Origin: the human T2T-CHM13v2.0 reference genome, Homo sapiens
Strand: one strand, 5' to 3'
NCBI RefSeq assembly: GCF_009914755.1
Contig: NC_060928.1
DNA length: 64,000 bases
This document shows, piece after piece, positions 1 through 13,053 of this stretch. Under the pieces are notes generated by a model. That model saw only the letters and a list, made by a program, of their open reading frames with translations, was not told the DNA's origin and made no database searches. Every line of letters begins with the position of its first letter. Positions within the stretch are counted from its first letter, which is position 1. The position numbers were made by a program, and so were the translations under genes.

Positions 1-622
1 CCAAGTATGTGGTCAATTTTGGAATAGGTGTGGTGTGGTGCTGAAAAAAATGTATATTCTGTTGATTTGGGGTAGGGAGTTCTGTAGATGTCTATTAGGT
101 CTGCTTGGTGCAGAGCTGAGTTCAATTCCTGGATATCTTTGTTAACTTTCTGTCTCGTTGATCTGTCTAATGTTGACAGTGGGGTGTTAAAGTCTCCCAT
201 TATTACTGTGTGGGAGTCTAAGTCTCTTTGTAGGTCACTAAGGACTTGCTTTATGAATCTGGGTGCTCCTGTATTGGGTGCATATATATTTAGGATAGTT
301 AGTTCTTCTTGTTGAATTGATCCCTTTACCATTATGTAATGGCCTTGTCTCTTTTGATCTTTGTTGGTTTAAAGTCTGTTTTATCAGAGACTAGGATTGC
401 AACCCCTGCCTTTTTTTGTTTTCCATTTGCTTGGTAGATCTTCCTCCATCTTTTTATTTTGAGCCTTTGTGTGTCTCTATACATCAGATGGGTTTCCTGA
501 ATACAGCACACTGATGGATCTTGACTCTTTATCCAATTTGCCAGTCTGTGTCGTTTAATTGGAGCATTTAGTCCATTTACATTTAAAGTTAATATTGTTA
601 TGTGTGAATTTGATCCTGTCAT
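1..622 (-). pseudogene. L1 ORF2 endonuclease domain, frameshifted near 345
   Basis: MTGSNSHITILTLNVNGLNAPIKRHRLANWIKSQDPSVCCIQETHL; the frame is lost after KIKRDK (small deletion). Confidence 0.92.
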
Positions 623-685
623 TATGATGTTATCTGGTTATTTTGCTCATTGGTTGATGCAGTTTCTTCCTAGCCTGGATGGTCT

Positions 686-1710
686 TTACAATTTGGCATG
701 ATTTTGCAGTGGCTGGTACCGGTTGTTCCTTTCCATGTTTAGTGCTTTCTTCAGGAGCTCTTGTAGGGCAGGCCTGGTGGTGACAAAATCTCTCAGCATT
801 TGCTTGTCTGTAAAGTATTTTATTTCTCCTTCACTTATGAAGCTTAGTTTGTCTGGATATGAAATTCTGGGTTGAAAATTCTTTTCTTTAAGAATGTTGT
901 ATATTGGTGCCCACTCTCTTCTGGCTTGTAGAGTTTCTGCTGAGGGATCAGCTGTTAGTCTCATGGGCTTCCCTTTGTGGGTAACCCGACCTTTCTCTCT
1001 GGCTGCCCTTAACATTTTTTCCTTCATTTCAACTTTGGTGAATCTGACAATTATATGTCTTGGAGTTGCTCTTCTCAAGGAGTATCTTTGTGGCGTTCTC
1101 TGTATTTCCTGAATCTGAATGTTGGCCTGCCTTGCTAGATTGGGGAAGTTCTCCTGGATAATATCCTGCAGAGTGTTTTCCAACTTGGTTCCATTCTCCC
1201 CGTCGCTTTCAGGTACACCAATCAGATGCAGATTTGGTCTTTTCACATAGTCCCATATTTCTTGGAGGCTTTGTTCATTTCTTTTTATTCTTTTTTCTCT
1301 AAACTTCCCTTCTCACTTCATTTCATTCATTTGATCTTCCATCACTGATACCCTTTCTTCCAGTTGATTGCAGTGGATCCTGAGGCTTCTGCATTCTTCA
1401 CATGGTTCTCGAGCCTTGGCTTTCAGCTCCATCAGCTCGTTTAGGCACTTCTCTGTATTTCTGTATTGGTTATTCTAGTTATACATTCGTCTAAATATTT
1501 TTCAAAGTTTTTAACTTCTTTGCCTTTGGTTTGAATTTCCTCCTGTAGCTTGGAGTAGTTTGATTGTCTGAAGCCTTCTTCTCTCAACTCGTCAAAGTCA
1601 TTCTCCATCCAGCTTTGTTCCATTGCTGGTGAGGAACTGCGTTCCTTTGGAGGAGGAGAGGTGCTCTGCTTTTTAGAGTTTCCAGTTTTTCTGCTCTGTT
1701 TTTTCCCCAT
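686..1710 (-). pseudogene. L1 ORF1, frameshifted
   Basis: ATG at 1710 and stop at 686 span 1025 nt, i.e. 1017+8. An 8-bp tandem duplication (TCTGTATT, ~1452-1467) breaks the frame. The C-terminal 186 aa are intact in the ORF track. Confidence 0.93.
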
Positions 1711-2744
1711 CTTTGTGGTTTTATCTACTTTTGGTCTTTGATGATGGTGATGTACAGATGGGTTTTTGGTGTGGATGTCCTTTCTGTTTGTTAGTTTTCC
1801 TTCTAACAGACAGGACCCTCAGCTGCAGGTCTGTTGGAGTTTGCTAGAGGTCCACTCCAGACCCTGTTTGCCTGGGTACCAGCAGCGGTGGCTGCAGAAT
1901 AGCGGATTTTCATGAACTGTGAATGCTGCTGTCTGATCGTTCCTCTGGAAGTTTTGTCTCAGAGGAGTACCAGGCCGTGTGAGGTGTCAGTTTGCCCCTA
2001 CTTGGGGGTGGCTCCCAGTTAGGCTGCTCAGGGGTCAGGGGTCAGGGACCCACTTGAGGAGGCAGTCTGCCTGTTCTCAGATCTCCAACTGCGTGCTGGG
2101 AGAACCACTGCTCTCTTCAAAGCTGTCAGACAGGGACATTTAAGTCTGCAGAGGTTACTGCTGTCTTTTTGTTTGTCTGTGCCCTGCCCCCAGAGGTGGA
2201 GCCTACAGAGGCAGGCAGGCCTCCTTTAGCTGTGGTGGGCTCCACCCAGTTCGAGCTTCCCAGCTGCTTTGTTTACCTAAGCAACCTGGGCAATGGCGAG
2301 CGCCCCTCCCCCAGCCTCGCTGCCGCCTTGCAGTTTGATCTCAGACTGCTGTGCTAGCAATCAGTGAGACTCCTTGGGCATGGGACCCTCCAAGCCAGGT
2401 GCGGGATATAATCTCCTGGTGCACTGTTTTTTAAGCCCGTCAGAAAAGCGCAGTATTAGGATGGAGTGACCCGATTTTCCAGGTGCCGTCTGTCACCCCT
2501 TTCTTTGACTAGGAAAGGGAACTCCCTGACCCCTTGTGCTTCCCGAGTGAGGCAATGCCTCGCCCTGCTTCGGCTCGCGCACAGTGCACTGCACCTACTG
2601 TCCTGCGCCCACTGTCTGGCACTCCCTAGTGAGATGAACCCGGTACCTCAGATGGAAATGCAGAAATCACCTGTCTTCTGCGGCGCTCACGCTGGGAGCT
2701 GTAGACCGGAGCTGTTCCTATTCGGCCATCTTTGTTGCCAGCCT
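1711..2744 (-). promoter_or_regulatory. L1 5' UTR internal sense promoter and antisense promoter, YY1 core intact
   Basis: GGCCATCTT at 2724-2732 reads AAGATGGCC on the minus strand. Residual CpG richness; ORF0 start at 2293 on the + strand. Activity is not shown by sequence. Confidence 0.7.
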
Positions 2745-3196
2745 CATATTCTGGTATTAAATTCTTAACAAATTTATGACTTGAAAAATTTTCCTCCATT
2801 CTCTAGGTTCCTTTTCAGATTCTTGATAAACTTTTTTGATAAATAAAAGTTTTTAATTTTAAGAAAGTCCAATTTATCTATTATTTTCTTGTTCAAATCT
2901 AAGAATCCATTGCTAGATCCTAAGTCATGAATATTTTTACTTATAGTTTCCATAGTCTGCTTATATTACCCATCTGTTCTTGCATGTTGTCAACTTTTTA
3001 GAGTTCTTTACATATTAATGTTGGTTGTTTTAAATTCTCTGTCTGATATAAATCCAAATCAGTGTTATGCTTGATTCTGGCTCTGAAGTTTGCTTGATTT
3101 TTTCAGACTGTATTTGTAATTACTTTTTGGTATAAGTTGTAGCTTTTTGTTGAAAGCCAGACATATTGTACTGGGTGATAAGAACTGAGGAAAAAG

Positions 3197-4778
3197 TGTC
3201 ACAGGATCCTTGGGGGTGTCACTTCACCAGGCAGAAATCTCTGTGGCCAGTGGCACCTCTGTCCGAGTTTTTACTCAGCCCCACTGGGTTTATTCTGCCC
3301 ACTCAGCCTGGCAGGCTGCACTTGGATTGCACTACCAGCCTGAGTCTCATGCCCGCCAAGGGTGAGCCAGGTGCAGAGATGAGAGGGTTGTGTGAATGAG
3401 CCATTGTGGGGTCTGGCCACCATGCACAGCCAGGCATGCTGGCTGCAGCAGGGTGGGCAGCTCCAGGTGCCAGCTCCCTGAAAGGCTGCAGCTGGACCAA
3501 GCATACCGCAAGCAGTATTCACTGCTGGCACCAGGAAATGTGGTGGTGCTCAGAAGCTTGGAAGTGCCCAGGAACCTCAGATCCCCAAAGAGGCTGTTAC
3601 AGCCCTGGCTCGGGGTGCTCCCTAAAGGGCCATGGTTCTTCTCTCCTTCTCTCTTCTCTCTTTCTTGTTGCACACAACATGGTGAGCAAGGGGAGTGTTT
3701 CAGTCCTGTTTGTGTTACAGCTCTTTCAGTCCCAACATTCAGCAGGTCCTGAGGTCTTGTCCTGTGTCCTGGAAGAATGAGGTACGTGAACAAGTGGAGG
3801 GTGAGCAAAGTGAAGAGGAGCTTTATTGAGCAACAGAATAGCTCAAAGGAGACCTGCAATGGGTCTCTCCATAGGCAGGGCATCCCAGTGAGTGTTCAGC
3901 TCTCAGTAGAGAGGAGCAGAGGGGAGCAGTTGTTAGCTCCTCTCTATAGCTGGTGCTTCTGATATCTGCCCAACTCCCAGTAGAGAGGAGACCCTGGAGT
4001 GGTAGCTCCTCTCTGCAGCTGGTAGTCTTGATGTCTGCTTGAGTCTGACTGAGTCTGGGGTTTTTATGGGCTTCAGAGGGAAGGAAGTACATGCTGATTG
4101 GTTCATGGGGGGCCATGGGCAGGCCTGGAAAAAATATCATAAGTTCAATTCTGGTCCATCAGCCTGGCCTCCAGGCTTCAGGCTGCCCCTGGTTTGAAGG
4201 TGGGCCTTCACTGGGGACCTGCCCCTTTCTGCCTAGGAGCCAGTCTGCCTCCTGCTGTCACACACAGTGTCCAGGCTGTTTGTGACCAGGGGCACCTCCA
4301 AGCCGAGCTGCCATCAGGATCCCCCTTGGCCTCCCTCCCATGCTTGTCAGTGCCCAAAATCTGGAGGGGGCTGATGGGGCAGGGGGCTGGTGTGTCAACA
4401 CTGCCCTGAGCATATACACAGCTTGCCGGGTTGTGACAGCATCCAAGCTTGGCCTCAACTTAGCTCTGAGATCAGAGTATGTGCCAGAAACAGGGAGAGG
4501 GCAGGCAGTGGGAGCAGGCATTTTTGAACCTGTAGTGGCAGAGGGGGCCTCCCAGGTCCCCAAGAGTGCAGAGATGCCTGGCCAGCAGCCACAGCTGGGC
4601 AGCTGCAGCTGTGCCTGGGAGGGGCGGGGCTATCACCCGAAAACTTGGAAGAGGGGCAGGGATTCTGCCTGTTCCCGACTCCTGCCAGCTCCATGGAGTG
4701 CGCAGCCCTGGCCAGGCCTCCCCTGCTGCAGCCAGCGTCATGGCAGTGGCTGCTCCAGAAGGACTGCTGCTGCCATCA
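3197..4778 (-). mobile_element. MER52(A)-like ERV1 solo LTR
   Basis: About 1.58 kb GC-rich block with TG...CA ends. Minus strand starts TGATGGCAGCAGCAGTCCTTCTGGAGCAGCCACTGCCATGACG, matching the recalled MER52 5' end. AATAAA on minus near 3822-3827. Explains the cluster of spurious GC-rich ORFs. Confidence 0.85.
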
Positions 4779-5239
4779 AGAGGAGTTTAGCATGAAGATT
4801 TATATTAATCTGGCTAGGAGTTTGGCTCTGTTTAATGTTTGCTGTGTTTAATGTTTTTGTACTAGAGGTTTCAAATTCCTCTAGTATACTTGTTCTTGTC
4901 TCCCCTGTTGTCATTGAGCTTACCTAAGAACTCTTTTCTAGTCAGAGTCTGGTTCTTTTATGTCTTTCAGCAATAATTCACTGTTAATATACTGGAACCC
5001 TGTTGGTGTGGTTATAAGGTATAGTGGAGGGAAATACTATAATCTTAAAATGTTGTTTCCATTTTTTAGTGGGCCTGTGTCCCTGGGTTGTGACATACAT
5101 AAGTGTTTCTTTACTTCCCTTCTCCTGTCCCCATTTGGTGAGACAAGAAGTCTAGAGCAAGGAAAAGAATGTCCAAGGCTCTTCACCATGAAAACCTAGT
5201 GGTGTTCCTAGAGGCAAAACCCATACAAGTACAGGAATA

Positions 5240-5695
5240 TGTAGAACAGTTCCCTGGGTGGCCTTGGATTTACCCAGTTTTCCTTCCCTTCCTTGCTTGT
5301 AGTTTTCAAGAATAACCATGGAACGTGCTGGTAATGCAATATCCTAAGACAGGAAGGGACTGCTTGAAACAGCCTGGGCTTTGTTCCATTCCCTTCTAGG
5401 GAATGTAACATCTTGAGATAGAGTGGAACTTTGTTCCTCTCTTCCCTGGAAGCAGGATGTCCTCCAAAGCTTTTCCCAGTGAGTTGCATAGACCCTGAGG
5501 TATATAACTCAGGTGGGCTGACTTTTGGAGTCCCTCAGCTGTGGTCCAAGTGGGGCATGCTTAGCCAGGACAGCATCTGCCCTAAGCAGCTGTCTTGAGC
5601 CTTGGGCTTTCTTAAGCCCTGACTCATAATGGATTGTAGGCTTCTTTCATTCCTTGCTGCCTATAAGTAATAAACTCACCTTACATAACTTGTAG

Positions 5696-5742
<47 letters not shown>

Positions 5743-5805
5743 GTGTGTTCTATCTCACTGGACTCAGAGAAGTGGGTAACCACTACATGGTGAATCTGCT
5801 TCACA
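5240..5805 (+). mobile_element. ERVL-class solo LTR (LTR53/MER74-like)
   Basis: TG...CTGCTTCACA ends, TATATAA near 5501, AATAAA at 5669-5674, followed by a GT-rich downstream element. Confidence 0.7.
5698..5748. repeat. (TG)n microsatellite
   Basis: About 18 perfect TG units plus a degenerate tail, inside the LTR. Confidence 0.97.
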
Positions 5806-6405
5806 AGACTTCTTAATATTACAGCCTTCAGAAGGTTTTCTCTCATGCTAGTCTGTACTCAACCTCCAGCAATTCATCAAAGTTACCATTTAAGTATTTC
5901 TACCTGCTCATGGTTCTACTGCTTCTCCTCTAGCTAAGCACATCTCAGATGCAACTCTTTGGATTTACTTGTTTCTCTAGATTTCCTATGATGTCATCTG
6001 CCTAATGGGACCAAGAAAACTCATTGATTTTCATTTTTTACAGCATTTTCTTTCTTGTGCCCAGGAGTGATGAATATCAAGATTTTTACATGTGGAGCTG
6101 AAATAGGAAGTCTCTCTAGCAGTACTTTTATTGTCAGATTGCCTGGATGGGCTAGTACTGTTCCACTGTGTTTTCTCTGTGTTCTCACAATTATTCTAGA
6201 TCACTCCTTGGTTACAAACACTTATATCCATAGCCTAACTATCATCAACCCTGATTCAATATACGTCTGGAGTGGCACTGTTCTTGATCTCCTCCCATTG
6301 GCATTTAGCCTCAAGTTTCCTGCATTGTTTTTAGCAACACATAATCTCTTTCTCTATTATCTTACTTCATTCTTATAAAGATATCTTATAGAGTCTCTCT
6401 AATTC

Positions 6406-6596
6406 TATGTATTCCAGCACTGCATAATTTATGATTAGGATATTTTCCATTTCTGATTATTGTGCTTATCTCCAAGTTGTTAAGTGTTTCACTGTCCTCT
6501 TATGTATCTTCCAGCACTGCATAATTTATAATTAAAATATTTTTCAATTTCTCATTATTACACTTATCTCCAAGTTGTTAATGTTTCACAGTCCTT
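6406..6596. repeat. Two-copy tandem duplication, period ~95 bp
   Basis: TATGTA(TC)TTCCAGCACTGCATAATTT...CTTATCTCCAAGTTGTTAA(G)TGTTTCAC.GTCCT occurs at 6406 and 6501. Confidence 0.92.
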
Positions 6597-6699
6597 AAGT
6601 TTAGGCTTTCCAATCCTGGTAAATGGCTTCAATGGTTTGCACCTATTGGAATCACAGTGGACACAAATCTCATGTCACAAACTCAGTCATGCAAAAACT

Positions 6700-9600
6700 T
6701 TATTGTTTGGGAAAAAGAATAAAAGATGAAATATTTAAACAATAGTAATTACAATAATTTTTTAAGAGATAGGTAATATAAAACTACAAATTATGACATC
6801 AACAATTCAGCATGTAGGGAAAAATAGATTTAAAGTGTACGGGGTATTTTTTGTTTTTTTTTTCCTTTCTTTGTGATCAAAATTAAGTTGTTATCAGTTT
6901 AAAATAACTTGTTATATCTATAGGGGTTTTTTGGTTAACCTCGTGGTAAACACAAAGCAAAAATCTATTTAGATACGTTGAAAATAAAAAGCAAGGAATA
7001 GAACATACTACTAAAGAAAATCACTTAACTACAAAGGAAGATTATGAGAGAGGAACAAAGAATCTGCAAAACAACTAGAAGACAAGAAACAAAAAGGCAG
7101 TTGTAAGTCCCTGCTTATCAATAATTACCTTGAATATAAGTGGATTAAATTCTCCAATCAAAATACATAGAGAGAGTGACTGAATGGATTAAAAACCAAG
7201 GACTAACAAATTGCTGCCTATAAGAGACTCACTTCAGCTGTGAGAACACCCACAGACTGAAAGTGGAGGATGAAAAAAGATATTTCATGCAAATGGAAAC
7301 AAGAAAAAAAAAAAAAACAAGAGTAACTAGACTTGTATCAGATAAAATAGACTTTAAGCCAAAAACTGAAAAGAGACAAGGAAGGTTATTATATAATGAT
7401 ACAGAAGTCAAGGTAACAAGAGGATATAGCAATTACAAATATATACGCACCTAGTACTGGAGGACTTAAATACATAGGGCTAATATTAATAGAGCTAAGG
7501 GAAGAAATAGACTGCAATACAATAATAGTAGGAAACTTCAATTCCCTTGTTTCAGCAATGGACACATCATCCAAACATAAAATCAACCAAAACATCAGAG
7601 CTAAACCACATTCTAGACCTAGACCAAATGAACCTAACAGATATTTGTAGAACATTCTATCCAACAGCCATGGAATACTGGTTCTTTTCAACAGCACATG
7701 GAAAATCCCCCAGGACAGATTATATATTAGGCCACAAAACAAGTCTTAAATTTAAAAAATAATTTAAAAATCAAAATCACAAAAGTATCATTTATGACCA
7801 CAAGGGAATAAAACTAGAAATCACTATCAGGAAGAACTTTGGAGACCACATAAATGTATGGAAATTAAACAATATGCTTCTGAAAAACAAAAAGGCCAAT
7901 GAAAAAATTAAAATGGAACTTTAAAAAACCTCTTGAGACAAATGAAAATGAAAACACAACATACCAATACCTAAGAAATACAACAAAAGCAGTTTTAAGA
8001 GGGAATTTTACAGCAATAAATTCTTACATCAAAAGAGTAGGAAGATCTCAAGTAAGCAACCTAACATTGCACCTCAAGAAACTAGAAAAACAAGAACAAA
8101 CTAAACCCAAAGTTAGTAGAAAAAAGAAACAGTAACAATCAGAGCAGAAATAAAATGGAGACTAAAAAAATACAAAACATCAACAAAATGAGTTTTTTAA
8201 AAGACAAAATTAGCAAACCTTTAGCTAGACCAATAAAACAGAAAGAAAATTATATAAATAAAATCAGAAATGAAAAAAGGCATCAAAACTAATACCACAG
8301 AATACAAAGGATTACGAGAGACTGTTATGAACAAGTATACACCAACAAATTGGAAAACTTAGAAGAAATGGATAAATTCCTGAACACATGCAAGCTCCAT
8401 GACTGAATTATGAACAAATAGAAAACCTTAACAGACCAATAGTGAATAATGAGCTTGAATCTGTAATAAAAAGTTTCCTATCAAAGAAAAGGCCAGGACC
8501 CAATGTCTTTACTATTGAATTATGAAAACATTTAAAGAAGCACTAATGCCAATTCTCAAATTATTCCAAAAAATAAAGAGGAAGAAATTCTTCCAAACTG
8601 ATTCTATGAGGTTAGTATTACCCTGATACAAAAATCAGACAAAAAAGAAAGCTATAGACCAATGTTCTTGGTAAATAGATGCAAAAGTTGGCAGCAAAGT
8701 ACTAGCAAATTGAATCTAACAGCACATGAAAAACATCATTGACCATGACAAAATGGGATTCATCCCAGGGATTCAAGGATGATTCAACATATGCAAATCA
8801 ATAAATGTGACATCAACATAAACAGAATTAAGGAGAAAACCCATATGATAATATAAATAGACATAGAAAAAACATTTGATAAAATTCAACATCCCTTCAT
8901 GATAAAAATTCTAAGGAAATTAGGTATAGAAAGAACATACATCAACACAATAAAAGCCATATATTACAAACCCACAGATATCATCATAGTAAATAGGGAA
9001 AAGTTGAAAGCTTTTTAATCTAAAATCTAGAACTAAACAAGGATGTCCACTTTTACAACTCCCATGCACAATAGTACTGGAAGTTCTAGTCGGAGCAATT
9101 AGGCAAGAGAAAGAAAGGGCATTCACATTGGAAATGAAGAATTCAGATTGGCCCTATATGCAGGTGAAATAATATTAAATATAGAAAGCCCTATAGATTC
9201 CATAAAAATCTGTTAGAACTAATAAACAAATTTAGTAATGTTATAGGATACAAAATCAACAGACAAAAATCAGTAGTGTTTCTATATGCCAATGGTGAAC
9301 TATCCGAAAAAGAAATCAAGAAACAATTCTACTTACAGTAGCTACAAAAAAACACATAGGAACAAATGTAACTAAGGAGATAAAAGATCTCTACAGTAAA
9401 ACTATAAAACATTGATGAAAGAAATCAAAGAGGACACAAACACCTAGGAAAATATCATGTGTTCACAGATTGGAAGAATTAATATTGTCAAAGTGTCCAC
9501 ACTACCTAAAGTGATATATAGATTCAATGCAATCCCTATCAAAATACCAATCACTATGTTTTTTACAGAAATAGAAGAAATAATTTAAAAAATTGTATGG

Positions 9601-11597
9601 AACCACAGATGACCCAAGATATCCAAAGCAATCTTAATAAAAAAAGGACAAAGCTGGAAGTACCATATTACATGACTTCAAAATATATTATAAAGTAATA
9701 AAAAGCAAAAAGCATGATACTGGCATGAAAACAGACTCATAGAGCAATGGAACAGAGTAGAGAACTCAGAAATAAATCTACACATTTACAGTCAACTGAT
9801 TTTTAACAAAAGTAACAAGAACACACTTTGGAGAAAAGATGGCCTCTTCAATAAATGGTCTTGAGAAAACAAAATATCCACATGCATAGGAATCAAACTA
9901 GACCCCTATCTCTCAACACTTACAAAAATCAACTCAACTCAAAATAGATTAAAAACTTACATGTAAGACCCAAAACTATGAATCAAATAGAAGAAAACAG
10001 GAAAAACCCTTTGTGACATTGGTCTAGGCAAGGATTTTTTTAAATAAAACCTAAAAAGCACAGGCAACAAAAGCAAATATAAACAAATGGAATTTTATTA
10101 AACTAAAAAGTTTCTACACAGCAAAGGAAACAATCAACTGAATTGATTAGGTATAGAAGGAACAGAGATACAACCCACAGAATGGGAGAAAATATTTACC
10201 AGCTATACATCTGGCAAAGGGTTAATGTCCAGAATATATAAGAAACTCAAACAACTCAATGTGTGTTATATACATATATAACACATATACATATCTGATA
10301 TACATATATCTGATTTACATATGTGAATTTATATTTGAACTCACATTGAACTCACATTGAGTTGTTTGAGTTTCTTATATCAGATATAGATATATATCAG
10401 ATGTCTGTATCTGACCTGATTTAAAATGGGCAAAAAAAACTGAATAGACATATTTCAAAAGAAAACACACAGAACATACAGGCATATGAAAAAAAGCACA
10501 ACATTAGTAATTATTATGAAAATGCAGATCACAATCACAAGGAGCTAGCACTTCACCCCAATTAGAATGACTATTATCAAAGAGACAAAAATAACAAATG
10601 CTGGTGATTATGTGGAGGAAGAAGAACTCTTATATACAGTGTGTGGAAATGTAAATTGGTACAGCCATTATGAACAACAGTATGACTGTTCTTTAAAATA
10701 TTAAAAATAGAATTACTATGTGATCCGACAATCCCACAACTGGGTATATATTCAAAGGAAATGAAATCAGTATGTCCAAAAAGATATCTCCACTCTTATT
10801 TTTGTTGCCACAGTATTTTCAGTAGCCAAGATATGAAATCAACCTAAGTGTCCATCAACAAGTAAATGGATTAAAAAATGTGGAGGAATGGAGAGAAGGT
10901 CAATGGGTACAAAGTTAGAGTTTGATTGACTGATAGGTTGATTTCATATCTTGGCTATTGAAAAAACTGTGGCAATAAAAATGAGAGTTGACATACTGAT
11001 TTCATTTCCTTTTAATATATACCCAGTAGTGGGATTGTGGGATCACATAGTAATTCTATTTTTAATATTTTATATTAGTATAGTATTCCATATATACAAT
11101 GGAATACTATTCAGCCATAAAAGAATAAAATTTGGTCATTTGCAACAATATGGATGAACCTGGAGGGTATTATATTAACTGAAATAAACCAAGAACAGAA
11201 GGACAAATGCTGCATTATCTCACTCTTATGTGAAATCTAAAAATGTTGATGTCACAGAAATAGAGATTAGAATAGTAGTTATCAGAGTGTAGGGAGGGTA
11301 AACGGGAGAAGGAATGGAGAGAAGGTTAATGGGTACAAAGTTATAGTTAGGAGGAATAAGTTCTGACTTTCTTTTAGAAAATATGATGACTATAGTTAAC
11401 AACGATGTATTATATATTTCAAATACTTAGGAGAGAGGATTTTGAATGTTCTCACCACAAAGAAATGACAAGTGTTTGAGGTGATGGATATGCTAATTAC
11501 CCTAAGTTGATCATTATACAATGTATACATGTACTGAAACATCACACTGTACCCATAAATATGTGCAATTATTTGTCTGTTAAAAACAAAATAAAAG
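6700..11597 (+). mobile_element. Old LINE-1 (L1MA-type): inter-ORF region, decayed ORF2 and 3' UTR
   Basis: ORF2 remnants from ~7095 (LVSDKIDFKPK, KKLEKQEQTKPKVSR). L1MA-type 3' end GAGGTGATGGATATGCTAATTACCC...ACATCACACTGTACCCATAAATATG ending in an A-rich tail. Confidence 0.9.
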
Positions 11598-11801
11598 TTT
11601 TTAAAACTTTTATTTTTCTCAAATTGGGCTTAAATGTCTATCTCAATCCCCCATTTGAACAACACTGCAGAAAATTAGTCTTAATCAATTTAAGGTAATC
11701 CTTGCCGTTTGAGGTTTTGTTCAATACTGCATTGAATTTCCTGAAAATGTACACAAGTCAAGGCACTGATGTATATAAAGAGAGAAGAGCAATATGGCCC
11801 A

Positions 11802-12200
11802 CGTATTAGGTTGTTCTTGCTACAAAGAAAACTGAATCTTGGTAATTTATTAAAAGAAAAAAAAGGTTTAATTGGCTCACGGTTCTGCAAGCTGTACAGC
11901 ATGGTGCTGGCATCTGCTGAGTTTCTGGGAAGGCCTCAGGGAGCTTTTACTTATGGCAGAAGGCAATGTAGGTGCAGACGCATCACATGGACAGAGCCAG
12001 AACAAGAGAGAGTGTTGGGGGGAGGTGCAATACACTTTTAAACAACCAGATCTCATGAGAACTCACTCACTATTGTGAGGATGGCATTAAGCCATGAATG
12101 ATCCACCCCCATGACCCAAACACCTTCCACTAGGCCCCACCTCCAACACTGGGGATTACATTTCAACATGAGATTTGGAGGGAGCTTCCAAACTATATCA
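11802..12200 (-). mobile_element. MaLR solo LTR (MSTB-like)
   Basis: GTATTAGG...GGTTTAATTGGCTCACGGTTCTGCAAGCTGTACAGCATGG...CCAAACTATATCA, about 400 bp. Confidence 0.88.
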
Positions 12201-12655
12201 ACCCCCATGGTCTTTTCCTTCCCATTGACATCCATGGAGGCTTCTTTGGTTCTGTTGGAGTTCTGGTCATCCATATGAGTCAGCATTAGACACTACAATT
12301 TCTTCTACTTGTAGCCTCACTGTAGATCTGATGATTTATAAGGACACATTCTGCACTATTACCAGTCACATTGGATAACACTTGCCTGCCCCTATGTGAT
12401 AATAAGACAGCCAATGAATATTCCAAGTTGGCTCCAGGGCTGACTGTCTTACACTTCATGCATCTAATTCTACTCAAATTCTCCCATGTGGTATATTGCC
12501 TCAAAGGTCCCCAGAGGTGAAGCAATTGCTGGTTTTCATTAATCCAGATATCCAAGTCTATTTTGAATTTCTAATGTCATTCCAAACCACATTATTCTTT
12601 TAAAAAGGGTAATCAGGATATGGGCACATTTTCCAGTCAGCCTTACTGGTTTCTA

Positions 12656-13053
<398 letters not shown>

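Larger units (their letters stand above)
1..2744 (-). mobile_element. LINE-1 (L1PA3/L1PA4-like): 5' UTR, ORF1 and start of ORF2; continues beyond window start
   Basis: Minus strand begins AAGATGGCCGAATAGGAACAGCTCCGGTCTACAGCTCCC (L1PA 5' end). ORF1p (MGKKQSRKTGNSK...) and ORF2p endonuclease N-terminus (MTGSNSHITILTLNVNGLN...) appear in the ORF track. The ~1.03 kb 5' UTR retains the 129-bp segment lost in L1PA2/L1HS. Confidence 0.96.
2745..6110 (-). mobile_element. Old L1M fragments (ORF2 piece and 5' region), interrupted by two LTRs
   Basis: Degenerate L1-like T-rich text continues across the MER52 (...GATAAGAACTGAGG | TTTAGCATGAAGATTTATATTAATCTGGCTAGGAG...). Confidence 0.6.

Noticed and set aside
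3166-4851. Dense cluster of overlapping 60-178 aa ORFs on both strands
   Set aside because: They lie in the GC-rich MER52 LTR, where stops are rare; no recognisable protein or splice structure.
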